DNA of 64,000 bases from Eledone cirrhosa (Eukaryota). Position numbers and translations under genes: made by a program. Location: contig OZ024743.1 in assembly GCA_964016885.1 (NCBI GenBank), forward strand, positions 336,040,001-336,104,000, in the 5' to 3' direction. Below the pieces are notes generated by a model. It did not search any database. It was not told the DNA's origin and was given only the letters and a program-made list of their open reading frames with translations. Positions 41,051 to 55,862 of this stretch are shown here, one piece after another (position 1 is the first letter of the stretch; each line of letters starts with the position of its first letter).

Positions 41051-42154
41051 GAATTAATTAATAATTATTAATAATGGTATACCGTGCAACTAGCAGCAGG
41101 ACCCGGCGTTGCACGGGGTAGGAAACATGAAATAGCAACACGCATATGCAAAGATTGAGGAATGTAGCTGTGTACTTTTTAAATTCTTTTATTCTCAGGG
41201 AATGATTGTTCATCTACTGGCAACGTAGAACACCAGCAGGCAGAATCCAGTAGTAGCGGTGTCAGTGGGCTGATTACGGAAATCCTGTATGCGAAATGAG
41301 TAAGTAAGTGTTGTGGGGCGATGTATGTCGTAAGTCTGTTCGCGAATTACGTCACAGATGGGGAACACACGTCAGTCTGACAGAGCGATGTAGTCAATTG
41401 TGTGAAAACCAAGTAGGGATGAACGTTTAAGTAGGGATATGGAGATGACGAAATCAGCGTGGCAACGCAGCTGCAGCAGAAGGGGGTCATAGGGCAATTA
41501 GCACAAACACTGGGCGGCACTGGTTGAACTGCATTTACACCGCAACAAAGGTGCGACAAAAGGGGTCACTGTGGAATTAGCACAACCGCTGTCAGCGTAC
41601 TTGCGCAGGACGTTCATACTGCAGTGTAGATGCAACAAAAGGGGTCTTAGTAGAAGTAGCACAGACGTGAGTTTTACGGTGTCAATAACACGGCAACGTA
41701 CACAGGGCCCAGATTTATGCGTGATGAAAATACGAAGCGTCAACAGGGTTTCGACAAATATTTTAAGGTTCTCCTCATTTCCTCAACCCCACGAAAATGG
41801 TCCTGCTTAAAAGTAAGTAATCACACCATCTAAACATAATGTGTTGATTAGCTACCTCAGCTTATAAACGGGTTTTCGAAATTAAAAGATGGTTAAAAAT
41901 GTTCCATATATTTTATTATGCGCATTTCGAAAACAACATCATCCTGGGACAAAAGTTGTGTTCTCATCAGATAAAATAAAGTGACTTGATATGAGGCCTA
42001 AAAACACTTGTCAACAGGAAAGTGCAAAGTCTACATATGACAGAAATATAAGAGTAAGAAAAAGATAGGAAAATAGAAGAAAAGGAAAGAAGTAGAAAAA
42101 GGAAAAAGAAAGTGTTGAGAGGAAAAAAGAAAAAAAGGAAAAAAGAAAGAAGGA

Positions 42155-42238
<84 letters not shown>

Positions 42239-42919
42239 TTGATCTGGAACGCTGTCAAAATGAAACAAGCTGTAAAAAACGGTTAAAAAGTAAATTGATG
42301 AGGTGTATGTGCGATAAAATAAAGGGGTCGATAAAATAAAGTACCAGTAATGCACTGCGTAATTGCTGGCCTTGTGCCAAAACGTAGAAACAATTATAGA
42401 TGGTATTAAAATATTAGAGGTCTAAAATATAGAAACTGGGTATATTATTTTATATTGGGTTTAAATACTAACATTTGGATTAAGAAGTGTAAAAATGTAT
42501 TAATAAAATAAAATAAAAATAAGTATAAAAAAGATTTTTATAAAATAAAATTAAATTAAAAAATAAAAATTGTCTATGTCAAATTAAAAAATTTCTATTA
42601 AAAATCTATATATGTGGGGGTATACTATTTAATTTTTATTTTATACCAACAAATAAATAAAGAAAATTGCTAGAATGATTTATAAACGTAGAAAAACATA
42701 TGACGTCATAATTTGTTTACAAAATCTATGAAGGTTTGAACGAAAATCTAAGGCTATCGAAAAAAAGGTCAAAGGCTTAATATATGCTGAGAAACTGAAT
42801 TAATACATTGTAGAATATATTGAAATATGTGTAAAAAATTAACCGTTGTTCGTGGAATAGGTTATAGGACATTAGCTATAAACTTTGTGAAAGTATATAT
42901 ATATATATATATATATATC

Positions 42920-43405
42920 AACTAGAAATTGATTGACATATATATATATATATTTAAAATAAACACATGAAACAATCAGAGGGGATAATTTGTAAAGTGT
43001 GTAATCACACATAGCTAGGTAGGTAACTAATTAAAGTTTAACTAGCGCTTCAAATATTACCTTTTAAAAAATGATTAATCCTCCTTGTATATATTTCATT
43101 AAAGAAATATATTTCACCAATAATCCTTAAAGTAACAGTAGTCAAATCTTGGATCTTCAGCAAGGGGGAAGAAATAACTATCGTTGTTTACACATCAAAT
43201 GCAAATCTGCGAGTGATCCGTCGCACGTGTTGCAATTCTAAAACTACTAACAACATGCTAGCGTCCTCCCATTGGCGTGAATAGGGTGGTCGACAGCGAA
43301 AAATAGCAGCCGAGTCCTTTCAACCGATTTAGCTCTACAATTAAGGAGCCGTTTATATATCCGAAATAAATTAAATTAAATTAAATTAAGGGAGTCATAT
43401 CTGCG
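42920..43405 (-). mobile_element. Diverged copy of the 544-bp HHR unit
   Basis: aactagaaattgatt, cacacatagctaggtaggtaactaa, ttagctctacaattaaggagccgt shared with 12603-13020. Confidence 0.8.
43080..43168 (-). ncRNA. Canonical type I hammerhead ribozyme (C3-G8)
   Basis: cccccttg CTGAAGA tccaa...ttggt GAAA tatatttc tttaat gaaatata TA caaggagg. Confidence 0.88.
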
Positions 43406-43423
43406 GATATATATATATATTAC

Positions 43424-43505
43424 AATAACAGATTAAAGTTTAAGCAAAGAATCGCTGCTTAACGGTGAAAGCAGTGATTCTTTGCTTAAACTTTAATCTG
43501 TTATT
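43424..43505. repeat. ~36-bp-arm fold-back; right arm resembles the 3' half of an HHR
   Basis: aataacagattaaagtttaagcaaagaatc / gattctttgcttaaactttaatctgttatt; GAAA gca...tgc TT then AATAAA. Confidence 0.85.
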
Positions 43506-44003
43506 TTAATAAATATTATATCTACTTATTCTGACAAGAATCGAAATATCTAATCGTGTGCAAGTGGTGGATATTTGTTAACGTCTGCGCGTTCCATAAA
43601 AGGGAAATAACTCGTCTCTCATCTCAGTTTATACATTTGAACTGAAAAATCAATACATTACAAATTCGATTTTTGCACTTGGCGTGGGTCGATTTGAAAT
43701 TTGTTTGACCGATGTCTCCACCGGCACTTCATCTATATGTGTAGCAATTTCACCGAAATTTGAGCGTACGGTTTAAGAGAAGATGTGTGCCGACCGTTTT
43801 AGTAGACAGACAGAGAGACAACCTCAGTTTTATATATATAGATGGTCATACTCGATAACGAGGGGGCAGCCATCTGTATATATATATATATATATATATA
43901 CACAGATGAATTAACAACCCAGCAAGGAACTGGGCATATCAGAGTATTGACAATATCATACACCTAAACAACATATGTACTTGTTTATACCATACTAATT
44001 CAA

Positions 44004-44058
44004 ACTGCCTGAAGAGGTCACAGCCAAAGATGGCTGTCACTGAAATATATATAGCAGT
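44004..44058 (+). ncRNA. Minimal type I hammerhead ribozyme (family of 13961-14016)
   Basis: actgc CTGAAGA ggtcacagcca aaga tggctgtcact GAAA tatata TA gcagt, then AATAAA. Confidence 0.88.
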
Positions 44059-44098
44059 AATAAACGAAGCTTAATTTTAATCATTTGATTTTTATTTA

Positions 44099-44146
<48 letters not shown>

Positions 44147-44249
44147 AGTATGCACACGTACACATATATATGTATACACACACATATATATATATACATA
44201 CATCACACATATATACATATACATATGTACGTATGGGTTATATCGAACA

Positions 44250-45322
44250 CTAGCAGAGGTACCCGGCGTTGGTCGAGTATTAAATACCAGTTATGTATAC
44301 CATTTATGTCAATACTTCAGTGCTGCTTGGAAAACCATACCTTTACAAAATCATCGGCTTTTTCCAAAAGGAGGTTCCTGCCCCCAGGAATCCCCTACTC
44401 AATATGTGCCAATTCTGAGAGTTCACATTCTTCTGTAGAACAAACGTAGCCCATGTATCAAGTTTTGTGAAAATCAGTTGCGAACTCCAGAAGTTTATGA
44501 CGTTTTGTTGCATTGCACTGCAGTGCTTCAGTCGACTCCAATAACTGATAAAATGAAAGTGCCCATGACCATCTGGAGTACATAAGTAACCTATGTCATA
44601 AGTTTGGTGAAAATACTGTAGAAATGCATACGGTTTACACACGCGCGCGCGCGCGCACGTGTGTGTGTATGCATTTGTGTGTGCGTATGTAGATGTATGT
44701 GTATGTTCGTTGGCGCATACGTATGTTCTCGCCTAAATCTTCACTATTTACTTTTACTATGTTAAGGCAAAGTTAAAATCCCGTCGAGGTTAACTTTGCC
44801 TTTTATCCTTACGGGGTCGATAAAATAAAGTACCAGTAATGTATTGGATATTTGCTGGCCTTGTGCCAAAAGAAGAAACAACTATTCTAATAACCCGTCA
44901 CTTTCGTTTACAATTTTATTTACATCATTCTTAAACTCCGGGACTGGAAATCATTCGGTTATTTTAAATAGAATATTAGTCTTACGAATCCATTTCCACC
45001 ATAAACTTGGTCTTGTCTTTGAATGAAATTGTTCTTCTCGGTCCACCGCGTCGTTTATACGTAACATAAATAGATAAGCGAATGACGCCATAAAAGGGAA
45101 ATAACTCATCTCTCATCTCTATTTATACATTTGAACTGAAAAATCAATATTTTACAAATTCGATTTTTGCACTTGGCGTGGGTCGATTTGAATTTTTTTT
45201 TACCAATGTCTCCGCTGGATCTTCATCTATGAGTGTAGTAATTTCACCGAAATTTGAGCGTACGGTTTAGGAGGAGATGTGTGCCGAAGGTTTTAGTAGA
45301 CAGACAGTTTTATATATATAGA
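44250..45322 (-). mobile_element. Non-autonomous Helitron-like element B with nested SINE (about 44765-44885)
   Basis: actagcagaggtacccggcgttg at 44249; cagttttatatatataga|t at 45322; 45085-45322 homologous to 43594-43842. Confidence 0.6.
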
Positions 45323-45994
45323 TTAATAATTGTTTATATTTTAGGCAAAAGGCCAGCAATTACCCAGTACATTACTGGTAGTTTATTTTATCGACCGCGT
45401 AAGGATGAAAGGCAAAGTTAACCTGGAATGTTTGATTCGTTTGTAAACAAAGCTGTACCGTGCCGGTGACCGATCGTCACCTGTTGGTTCAACACTGGCT
45501 TTGAGGAACAATCAACAGGTTTCTGGGTCATTACACTTCATCAGAACTTTCTACCTCTTCCAGTCTGTTGAACGGTTGAAAATATATAGTATTTTCTTAA
45601 GTACACATCGGCTGTTCAACCGTTCAACATACTGGTAAAGGAATTAGCTGTGTTAGGGCGAGAAATAAAATCCTAATTTTATATATATACTAGCAGTAAA
45701 GCCCGGCGTTGCTCGGCGTCGCTCAGTAGCTGTGTTAAAGTTACAATGTTAAGTTTCTTTCTTGGCTTAAAAACTGTAGTGTCTACTGTGCAGACTTGCA
45801 TGTGGTGTTTTTGATTAATATTCCCTCAACCAACAATATGCCTTATGAAGTTAAGAAAACATAACGATAACCCGAATGTTATAACAAAAGAGGATGCTGG
45901 GGATAGAAACTGCACTGGTTATTTATTAACAAAAATCGAAAATGTAAACACTGCAACGCAGAGAAAAACATTAGCGTAACCAAATTATCAGTTA

Positions 45995-46175
45995 TGTCTG
46001 TCTGCACGCCTATATCACCTCTCTGCACGACTGTCTGTCTGCACGCCTATATCACCTCTCTGCACGACTGTCTGTCTGCACGCCTATATCACCTCTCTGC
46101 ACGACTATCTGTCTGCACGCGTATATCACCTCTCTGCACGACTGTCTGTCTGCACGATTGTCTGTCTGCACGCCT
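45995..46175 (+). repeat. 37-bp minisatellite, about 4 units
   Basis: ctgtctgtctgcacgcctatatcacctctctgcacga. Confidence 0.95.
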
Positions 46176-46637
46176 AACGACAAAATATTTGCTTGTTTTA
46201 CGTAGTCTTTAAATAGACTTGTTTTCAAGTAAAAATATTGTTTTAAAATGCTTTTAAATGGAAATGAAGCAAAACGGAAGCTTAGTGTTCGAACTGATGA
46301 ATTTTGCAGGTCAATATTTTGCTGGCTCGACAACTGTTCGTGTATTGTGTTAATGTCATTTTAAACGCTGAGAAAGCCAGCGTAATTTTTTACGTAAGAC
46401 GCTCAATGTAAACAGAACAAAGGGAAATAACTGATAACTTACGCTCAAAAATCGATACATTATATTCGATTTCGTCACATATGGTGGGTCAATTTGAAAC
46501 TTTTTTTTTCCGATGTCTTCGCTAGGGCTGAATGTACAAGTATAGCAATTTCGGTGCAATTCCGTCAGAGATTCTAAGAGGAGATGTGTGCCAAAGATCG
46601 ATAGACAGACAGACAACCACAGTTTTATATATATAGA

Positions 46638-46855
46638 TGTCTGTCTGCACGCCTATATCACCTCTCGGCACGACTGTCTGTCTGCACGCCTATATCACCT
46701 CTCTGCACGACTGTCTGTCTGCACGCCTATATCACCTCTCTGCACGACTGTCTGTCTGCACGCCTATATCACCTCTCTGCACGACTGTCTGTCTGCACCC
46801 CTATATAACCTCTCTGCACGACTGTCTGTCTGCACGACTGTCTGTCTGCACGCCT
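46638..46855 (+). repeat. 37-bp minisatellite, about 5 units
   Basis: Same unit as 45995-46175. Confidence 0.95.
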
Positions 46856-47321
46856 AACGACGAAATATTTGCTTGTTTTACGTAGTCTTTAAATTGACTT
46901 GTTTTCAAGTAAAAATATTGTTTTAAAATGCTTTTAAATGGAAATGAAGCAAAACGGAAGCTTAGTGTTCGAACTGATGAATTTTGCAGGTCAATATTTT
47001 GCTGGCTCGACAACTGTTCGTGTATTGTGTTAATGTCATTTTAAACGCTGAGAAAGCCAGCGTAATTTTTTACGTAAGACGCTCAATGTAAACAGAACAA
47101 AGGGAAATAACTGATCACTTACGCTCAAAAATCGATACATTATATTCGATTTCGTCAGATAGGGCGGGTCAATTTGAAATATTTTTTTTCCGATGTCTTC
47201 GCTAGGGCTCAATGTACAAGTATAGCAATTTCGGTGCAATTCCGTCAGAGATTCTAAGAGGAGATGTGTGCCAAAAATCGATAGACAGACAGACAACCTC
47301 AGTTTTATATATATAGATATA

Positions 47322-47800
<479 letters not shown>

Positions 47801-48514
47801 ATATATACACACATAAACAAGATGGTTATAGCTCAAACCAATCTATACAGCTTTGATAACTACCCTAAATATACTTACATTTACATCACACATATATACA
47901 CTATATACACACAGAGAACAAACGCAAACAATCATCTAATGCTCTATGTGTAAACAATGGACTCGGAAATTAAAGCCAACAATAAATAAGTGGACAAAAC
48001 CGTCGGATTCCAAACTCGTAAAACCTGAGCCAATCATGAACTAAATGTCTGTATTAGAGCTACGACACCCCCCAAAATCCTTACCTCAGATTTTATCCAC
48101 ATATCCCAACCAGTAACCCGCTCTAAATATGAGTATTGAGGAGACGGGCTTTTGCAAGCTGCAGCCATCAAATTATTCATTTTCTGTATAAGATTAGACA
48201 TTAAATATCCATTTATTACCGGCATGCTGTAAGTATTTATTGGTTAATATACTAGTGTATATATACCTTTTTAAAGGGACGTAATCATGTTTTTTTCTTT
48301 TTCTCTCTCGCTACATTCCTTTTCTTTCTCTTGTTTTTCTTCGTTTTTATTCAATTTTATTTACTTACATTTATATCAATTAGAGTTTACAGCACCCTAT
48401 CACAGGTCCAACTTGTCTTCATTTGGGGATTTATCTGAGTTATTGCGTACAATGTCACATTCTCCAGCGCCAACCTAGTTCATTGGATGACTAATCCAGG
48501 CTTTGTTGCTTGTC

Positions 48515-48551
48515 AGGCTGAAGAAGGTAGGCTGTCGAAATATCGATCTCT
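48515..48551 (+). ncRNA. Possible minimal hammerhead motif
   Basis: agg CTGAAGA aggtaggctgtc GAAA tatcga TC tct; weak stems. Confidence 0.35.
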
Positions 48552-49229
48552 CTCTATATAGGTTTATTGTCAAACCTGTAGTAGTAGGTGGTGAAAAGTT
48601 CCGGCGTTCGTGGTTCACGGTCCGTTCTTATCTACTCACTAATATTGTGGTACAGTTGACCCACCCGCAAGAGCTAACCCCGCGGGTTAGAATGGCTATT
48701 CTAACGCGTCTCAGTCACCATCCACCAGGACAAAGCTTTCTCAATTCTGTCCAACATTCTGTTCTGGACCAACAAGGCGGCCTGCACATGGGCTCGTACA
48801 CACCAGAGAACGTTCTCCTAATTTGTCCGGCTCCACATAATTGAGGTAACGATGTGATGAAAATATTTAATTTGTTCTCATATTTTAACTCCTATTGAAA
48901 AGTATAATATATCTAATTTATCGGGGCTACTGGTTTGTGAGCTGATGAGTATCTGAGTGAATTTGTCTAGCACATCGCCTCTCTTTATTTTCTTCTTCCA
49001 GTCACTTCTATGCGCCAAAACACTTCTCCTTGTCTTCCTCTTCTTTCAATCTTTTCTATATTTCGTCTGCCTCGTGGATTGTCTCTCCGCCGATAACTGA
49101 GGCATTTTGCCCACCGGTCTCATTAACAGCATTTGACTGCTTCAACGGCTTTTCTAATGATTAGTTTTCTCATTTTTATATGAATTCAAATAAAGACAAC
49201 AGTTACCTTATTGTATTATTTTCTCCTTA

Positions 49230-50465
49230 TAAGGGACCGTGGTTTGACAGTAATCGTATAGTTACGGCCTTTTACGCTCTGATTTCAAATCCGGCAGAGG
49301 TTAGCTTTGCCTTTCATCCTTTCAGGGTCGATAAATTAAAACACCAGTAACGAACTGGGGATGATTTAATCGACTTACCTCTTCTTTTCAAATTGCTGAC
49401 TGACCTCGCACCAAATATATAAACATTTATTTCCACTTTGTAAGGGTGTTGGGCCGACAGAACGCAATAACACCTTAGCAGTGTTTTCCGGCTCTTTGCG
49501 TTCTGAGTTCAAATCCCGCTCAACTTAGCTCTGCCTTTCATCCTTCCAGTCAAGAGCTGATTTGATCTAATCAACTTAACCCTCCACTAAGTTGCTGACC
49601 TTGCACCATATTAGAAACCATTGTTTTCACATTGATTGTAACAACATCACATATTACAAAGAGATTTCCATTTTAGTGATATTTGTTCATTCCGCCATAT
49701 TCCGCCCACAACATTCTTTGTATTTGCCTTTTTGCTTTATCCCTTTTCTTTGTAATGTATATAGTTTCTCGTATAATAGGAGTTTCTGATTTAGGCACAA
49801 GGCCAAGAATTCGGAGGAAGGAGAAAGTCGATTAGATCGATCCCAGCGTGTTACGGGTATTATTTTTTAACGACCCCGTAAGGTTGAAAGGTAATGCTTA
49901 ACTCGGCGGCATTTGTATGATAATAGTTTCTGATTTAGAGACGAGACCAACAATTTTTGGGAGTGAGGAAAGTCAAATAAATCGACTCAAACCGTTACTG
50001 GTATTATATTTTATCGACCCCGAAATGTTGAAAGATAAACTTAATCCCGGTGGGATTTGAACTCAAGTCTCTCGTATAATAATTGTTTCTATTTTTGGCT
50101 CAAGGCCAGCAATTATCCCAGTGTATTACTGGTGCTTTATTGAATCGACCCCGTAAGTATGAAAGGCAAAGTTACCTCGGCGGGATTTGAACTCAGACCA
50201 TAAAAGGCCGTAACTCTTTGCTGCAAAGCATGGCGTCCGACCCTCTGCCAATGATATATAAACTATTTTGTGAGATCTGTCATATTGTAAGTAAAAATAC
50301 AAATAAAGTATGCCTCCTAAATTCCTTTGGGATTTTCTTTAATGACGCCAGAGTGCTTTCCTGTATTTGTTCCGGCTCTCTGCGAGTTCAAATTCCACGA
50401 AGTGAACTTTTTCATTCATCCTTTCATAAGTTGATAAATAAAGTACCCGTCAAATACTGCGGCCA
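49230..50465. mobile_element. Cluster of about 6 SINE copies (plus 49230-49620; minus 49775-50252; plus 50350-50465)
   Basis: Repeated tttatcgaccccg.aaggatgaaaggcaaag body and B boxes. Confidence 0.85.
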
Positions 50466-50692
50466 AATTCTCCCCCCGCCCCTCGCGTATCTATCTAAAT
50501 CCTTCACACTTTCTTTCTGTTTCCCTGTTTATATATGGAGAGGGATGGGCGCCGCTAGGCTTAAATACACAGTGCATACTGTATATCACTATGGCACCCC
50601 AACAACACACGGATCCGTATGTTTAATATATATAATACACCCACATATATATATATATATAATACACACACACACACATATATATATATAAT

Positions 50693-50764
<72 letters not shown>

Positions 50765-50797
50765 TATATATATAATATATATATATAATATATATAT

Positions 50798-50855
<58 letters not shown>

Positions 50856-50858
<3 letters not shown>

Positions 50859-51295
50859 AACCAGTAAGACCCCGACAGCTGAGCTCAAGCCGTTTCGACG
50901 GCTAATTCTGGACTAAATGAAAATTTATCCTGGTATTTAAATAGCCGATCTTCTCAAGGGGTAATTCCATATATGGTCAAAGTGATTGTCAAAAATCAGT
51001 AGTAATTCTGTGGTTGCAAATTAGTAGGGGAGATGGTGGCTAAACCTGCCAGTAGGAGAAAGAGGGGAGGGGGTGGAGTAGACCCAATCAAGCGTTGGTA
51101 GTGCCAGCTACAGCTGGGCATGAGGTCAAAGAAGATACAGGGGAGGGGGAGAATTAGTCCAGAATTAGCCGTCGAAACGGCTTGAGCTCAGCTGTCGGGG
51201 TCTTACTGGTTCCTATTACCCACTCTACTACCTCAAGTATTGAGTACTTTGGTGCGTTATGGTCCACCTGGTTCCTTACCACATTTCCTTCGTTA
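50856..51295. mobile_element. PLE3-family pseudo-LTR (50856-51150, minus) joined to an inverted piece (51154-51295, plus)
   Basis: Homologous to 23150-23535 and 39126-39260. Confidence 0.9.
50869..50962 (-). ncRNA. Hammerhead with U3-A8 core (UUGAGAA)
   Basis: acccc TTGAGAA gatcggcta...tagccgtc GAAA cggct tgagctc agctg TC ggggt. Confidence 0.82.
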
Positions 51296-51929
51296 TATAT
51301 ATATATATATATATAGTAATAATAATAAATTTGAAGACTAAAATCCAAAGAGGGCTCGATAAGGATAAATATATATCAAATATATAAGAACCGTAGAGAA
51401 AGAACAGAAAATGCAGAAACCGGTAATAGACAATAATTAAATATATAAATAGATAAATAAATGCCATTGTTAAATAATAAATAAATCAACTAATACCTTA
51501 ACACTTCACACAAAGTAAAACATTTCGTTTTAATCATTTTCTAACCCAGAAAAAAGAGAGAGAGAGACAAAAAAAGGAAAAAATATATTTTTCTTCCTCA
51601 TAATCGTCTCTTTCCCCCTGTTTTCATATATATATATATATATATATATATGTATAAACATGCTACGCATTTTTTATGCTGTTATCCCGTATATAACTAC
51701 ACATTTTTCCTGGGTATTATCAAAGCTATCATCAGTTGCTTTGAAAAAAAATAGTAAATGCAACCGTTGAAAAACTGTGCTACGGGTTTATTACTCACCT
51801 TTTATTAAGTAAGTAAAAATAAGGAATGACAATTTTAGTGTCTTTCATAACGATTATATTTCTCTTACATTATACTTCGTAACAATAACAGATGGCTTTA
51901 CCTTAAATTATATCGATTTACTTACTGGC

Positions 51930-52690
51930 ACTTCGACGGTATCGAAGACGAGTGTTCCAGTTAATACGGAACTTAACGTGCATGTGGCAGAACTTTTTCA
52001 CAGACTCGCGTACTTTTAACTTAGTAGTTCTCAGGGAGATTCGGCGTTTCAGAGGATATGGCGAGGTTGGTCCCTTTCAAAATACAGGGAGGCACGTGAA
52101 ATAAAATGTCTTGCGCCAGCAGGAATCGAACTCCCGACCTTACGATAGTGAACCAAATATTTTAACCACAAAGCCACGCGCCTTCCCAACTTATCACGAT
52201 GCTCTACACGTAAATTATCTATCTATCCATCTATTTTTCAACTTATTTCTATATTGTAGCTTATGCTCAAAGCATCATTTTTTCTCATCTCTTGTAATTA
52301 CTCGACTGATATTTTAAGTGTGGACACAGCATGGCCGAATGTTTACACATTTCGCTTGGAAATCAATAGCTACTGCGATCGATCCCTCTGCAGGGGCTCT
52401 TGGACACGTGTCATTTACCATAGCGTCGTATCAATCAATGTTTTTTTAATGAAACTGCGTAGAGGAAAAGTGTTTGGAACTCAATCTGATAGACGATTGT
52501 ACGTGTAATTCAAAGAGACTGCCTTGTCACACACTGTATTACATTGAATGTAGCTGAGAATTACGTTAAGGGAACACGTGTCTGTGGAATGCTCAGCCGC
52601 ATATGCGTTAATTTGACGAGTAAGCTTTTCCGTTGAACGAACAACTGGAATACTCGTCGTCGAAATTGACGGAGGTCCACAGCTGTACAA
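51930..52690. mobile_element. Second tRNA-derived SINE family copies (51930-52190 minus; 52420-52690 plus)
   Basis: Head gaaggcgcgtggct...gggagttcgattcc; body ctgagaattacgttaaggg..cacgtgtctgtggaatgctcagcc. Confidence 0.7.
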
Positions 52691-52917
52691 AGAAACAATA
52701 TTTCTATGTTACGATTGCAATGGTCGACGTGTGAGGATGAAAGATAACGTAGACTTCGGTGTGATTCAAATCAACAACGTAAAATGTTGCAGTTACGTGC
52801 TGCAAGATATTTTATCTCGCGTTTTATCTAAATTATGGAATGGGCTTCCGTCGGTTTCAACGATGAGTGTTCTATTGTTCGATCAACGGAATAACCTGCT
52901 CGTGAAATTAACGTTTA

Positions 52918-53381
52918 CTCTCAGGTTTCGAATAATCGGACTCCATGCAGGCTTATTAATTTTTCAGACCCCCGTCCCGTTCTTATTCCAACCTCCCCAC
53001 TTCCGGCTCTTATTCCACCTCGCCCACACACCACTCTTATTCTAGCCCTTCCCCCGTTCTTATTTACATCACGCTCTTATTGTCACCCCCTCCCCACCGC
53101 TTATCAAATTTTGCTAATTGATCTCCGGCGAAATTTTATTTTAAGTGGTAGCATACCTGCGACAATTAATTTTCTTTGGATATTAAACAACATTATACAT
53201 GACAAAAAAGTACATTACTAGAAATTCTATACGTTATAAAATTACATGGGTTGGGGTCTCAATATGTAGACTAAACGTCTAATTCTAGTTTTTTAAAATA
53301 TCAACCTAGAAAAATTACCGATTTTCCAAATCCTCCCTCCCTCTCCTTATTCCAACACCCATATTATTTGGGCCCTGAAAG
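52918..53381. mobile_element. TA-flanked MITE (Tc1/mariner-like) inserted in a SINE
   Basis: ta|ctctcaggtttcgaataat ... attatttgggccctgaaag|ta; flanks rejoin as SINE sequence aaattaacgt-aagtgg. Confidence 0.7.
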
Positions 53382-54238
53382 TAAGTGGTTGCACATTTCA
53401 CAGTTACACGTAGATTTAATATAACTCTCAGGGAGATTCCGCGTAATACAGATGATGACAAGGCTGACCCTTTAGACTAAAAGACCAGTCTATATAACGG
53501 GCTTCCAAACATATCCCGTCTACCCAATTTCACTCACTAGAGTCAACCTAGGCTTTAGTAAATGACAATTCCCCAAGGTGCCAAGGTGTGGCTTCGAACT
53601 CGGAACATAATGGTAACGAATCACTCTTCTTAACTATTTGACCATGCCATGTCTTCGCCCAAATTATATGCTTAGATTGAATACACAAAGACAATTTTGT
53701 ATACATATATGATTTCACAAGTGGGCTGTTCCGTTGTTGGAACAACTAGAAAACACCTCTTCGGAACCGACGAATCTTAAGCACACTATATATAAAGGCA
53801 ATTTTCTGCACACACTCACATACATACAAAAACGAGTATATTGCACTAATTTTCCAAAATATTTTGTTGGTTCAGAGCTAGTATTTGTAAAATTGATACA
53901 AAAAGAATTATAAATAGAACATGATTCGGGATATCGAAATGTTTAATTTGTTTGTTTTGGGGGGAATTTTTTCTATGTATATTAAAGAAAATAGAATGAG
54001 ATTCTGTTTCGGATGTGTGCCTGTGTGTGTATATATATATATATATATATAATGTATGTATATGTGTGTGTGTGTGATGTATATTTATATATATATGTGT
54101 GTGTGTGTGATGTATATATATATATATATATATATAAACGTGAACCTAAGAAAACTTTTTCTGCATCTGTGTTTGTTTTGTATATTTTTGCTTGAACGAT
54201 ATATATATATATATATACATCACACACACACACACAAA

Positions 54239-54280
<42 letters not shown>

Positions 54281-54288
54281 GAAAGAAC

Positions 54289-54331
<43 letters not shown>

Positions 54332-54899
54332 TTCTATCTTTTTTTGATACCTTCTGTTATCTCTTTCTGGGTTCTACATATTTGTGCTTCTATCTGTTTT
54401 GAGTGAAAATCTCATGAACAGATTGAATGCAGACAATCGGTTATATAGATGTTTATTATATATTCTCTCTTTATAATCTTTATTAATATTTATCTGTGGT
54501 TTTTGTTATTTTAGAATCAATACGTATAAGTAAGGAAAATATAGAAAGGCGTCTTTGAGAGGACTATACAAAGAATACACCCTTGAGTGAGAGTGGTCTG
54601 AAAGAAACTGTTTTTCTGAGTGTATTAATGCATTTGTGCATGTGTATATACAAGATTGTGTGTGTGTATTTAAAAGACAAACGAACAGACAGATAGATAA
54701 ATAAATATACATGGCAATTGTAAAAAATGAACTTCCTGCATTAGCGAACACAGTTCTGTGCGTCTTGGTTACATACAGAATTTGTATTGTTGTTGTATTT
54801 AAAGTACTCTTTGTAATATATGTGAAGTGCCTAGTAATGATATTTTCTGTATGTTATATATATTAGTAGGTCCTGGGTTGTTGGTTATGTATCTGTCTG

Positions 54900-55254
54900 T
54901 AACGCTGAACTAGTTTCAAGCTTATTAGCTATCGTCAGCAACGTATACCTTCCTGCCAGATTGTTGAACGTCTGAAAGCATATACTTTCCTTATGCATAT
55001 TAACGGCTGAGTAGCCCAATTTGCATACACTACGGCTTAATACGGGATGTTTGTTTACAAACACACCGAGCATTATAATAAATGTTCGGTGAAACCATAC
55101 GTACATATATATATATATATGTGTGCATGTATGTATATATAAATACATACTACTGTACGTCTGTATACATATATGTATGTACGTGTACATACTTATATTT
55201 AAGTAACAGCCGTACTAAGAGTGGGAAATGAAATTTCGTTTCATTTTTTCCGTT

Positions 55255-55255
<1 letters not shown>
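54900..55255. mobile_element. Third copy of the 424-bp HHR unit: inverted part (54900-55025) plus tail-to-head junction part (55029-55255)
   Basis: Matches 13535-13651 in reverse, then 13695-13857 running on into 13435-13496. Confidence 0.85.
54902..54944 (-). ncRNA. Minimal type I hammerhead ribozyme
   Basis: acgttg CTGACGA tagctaataagctt GAAA ctag TT cagcgt. Confidence 0.82.

Positions 55256-55862
<607 letters not shown>

Larger units (their letters stand above)
41090..43842 (-). mobile_element. Non-autonomous Helitron-like element A (ends possibly from separate insertions), with nested SINE and HHR units
   Basis: Minus-strand 3' end: cccgtgcaacgccggg hairpin then CTAG|T at 41090; 5' end A|TCTATATATATAAAAAC at 43842. 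Confidence 0.6.
45690..47317 (-). mobile_element. Non-autonomous Helitron-like element C with tandemly duplicated ~680-bp 5' part
   Basis: CTAG end with hairpin at 45690; TC 5' ends at 46637 and 47317; 45995-46637 nearly identical to 46638-47317. Confidence 0.75.

Noticed and set aside
45995-46855. 37-bp repeats as a CRISPR array
   Set aside because: Contiguous tandem units with no unique spacers, no cas genes, eukaryotic context
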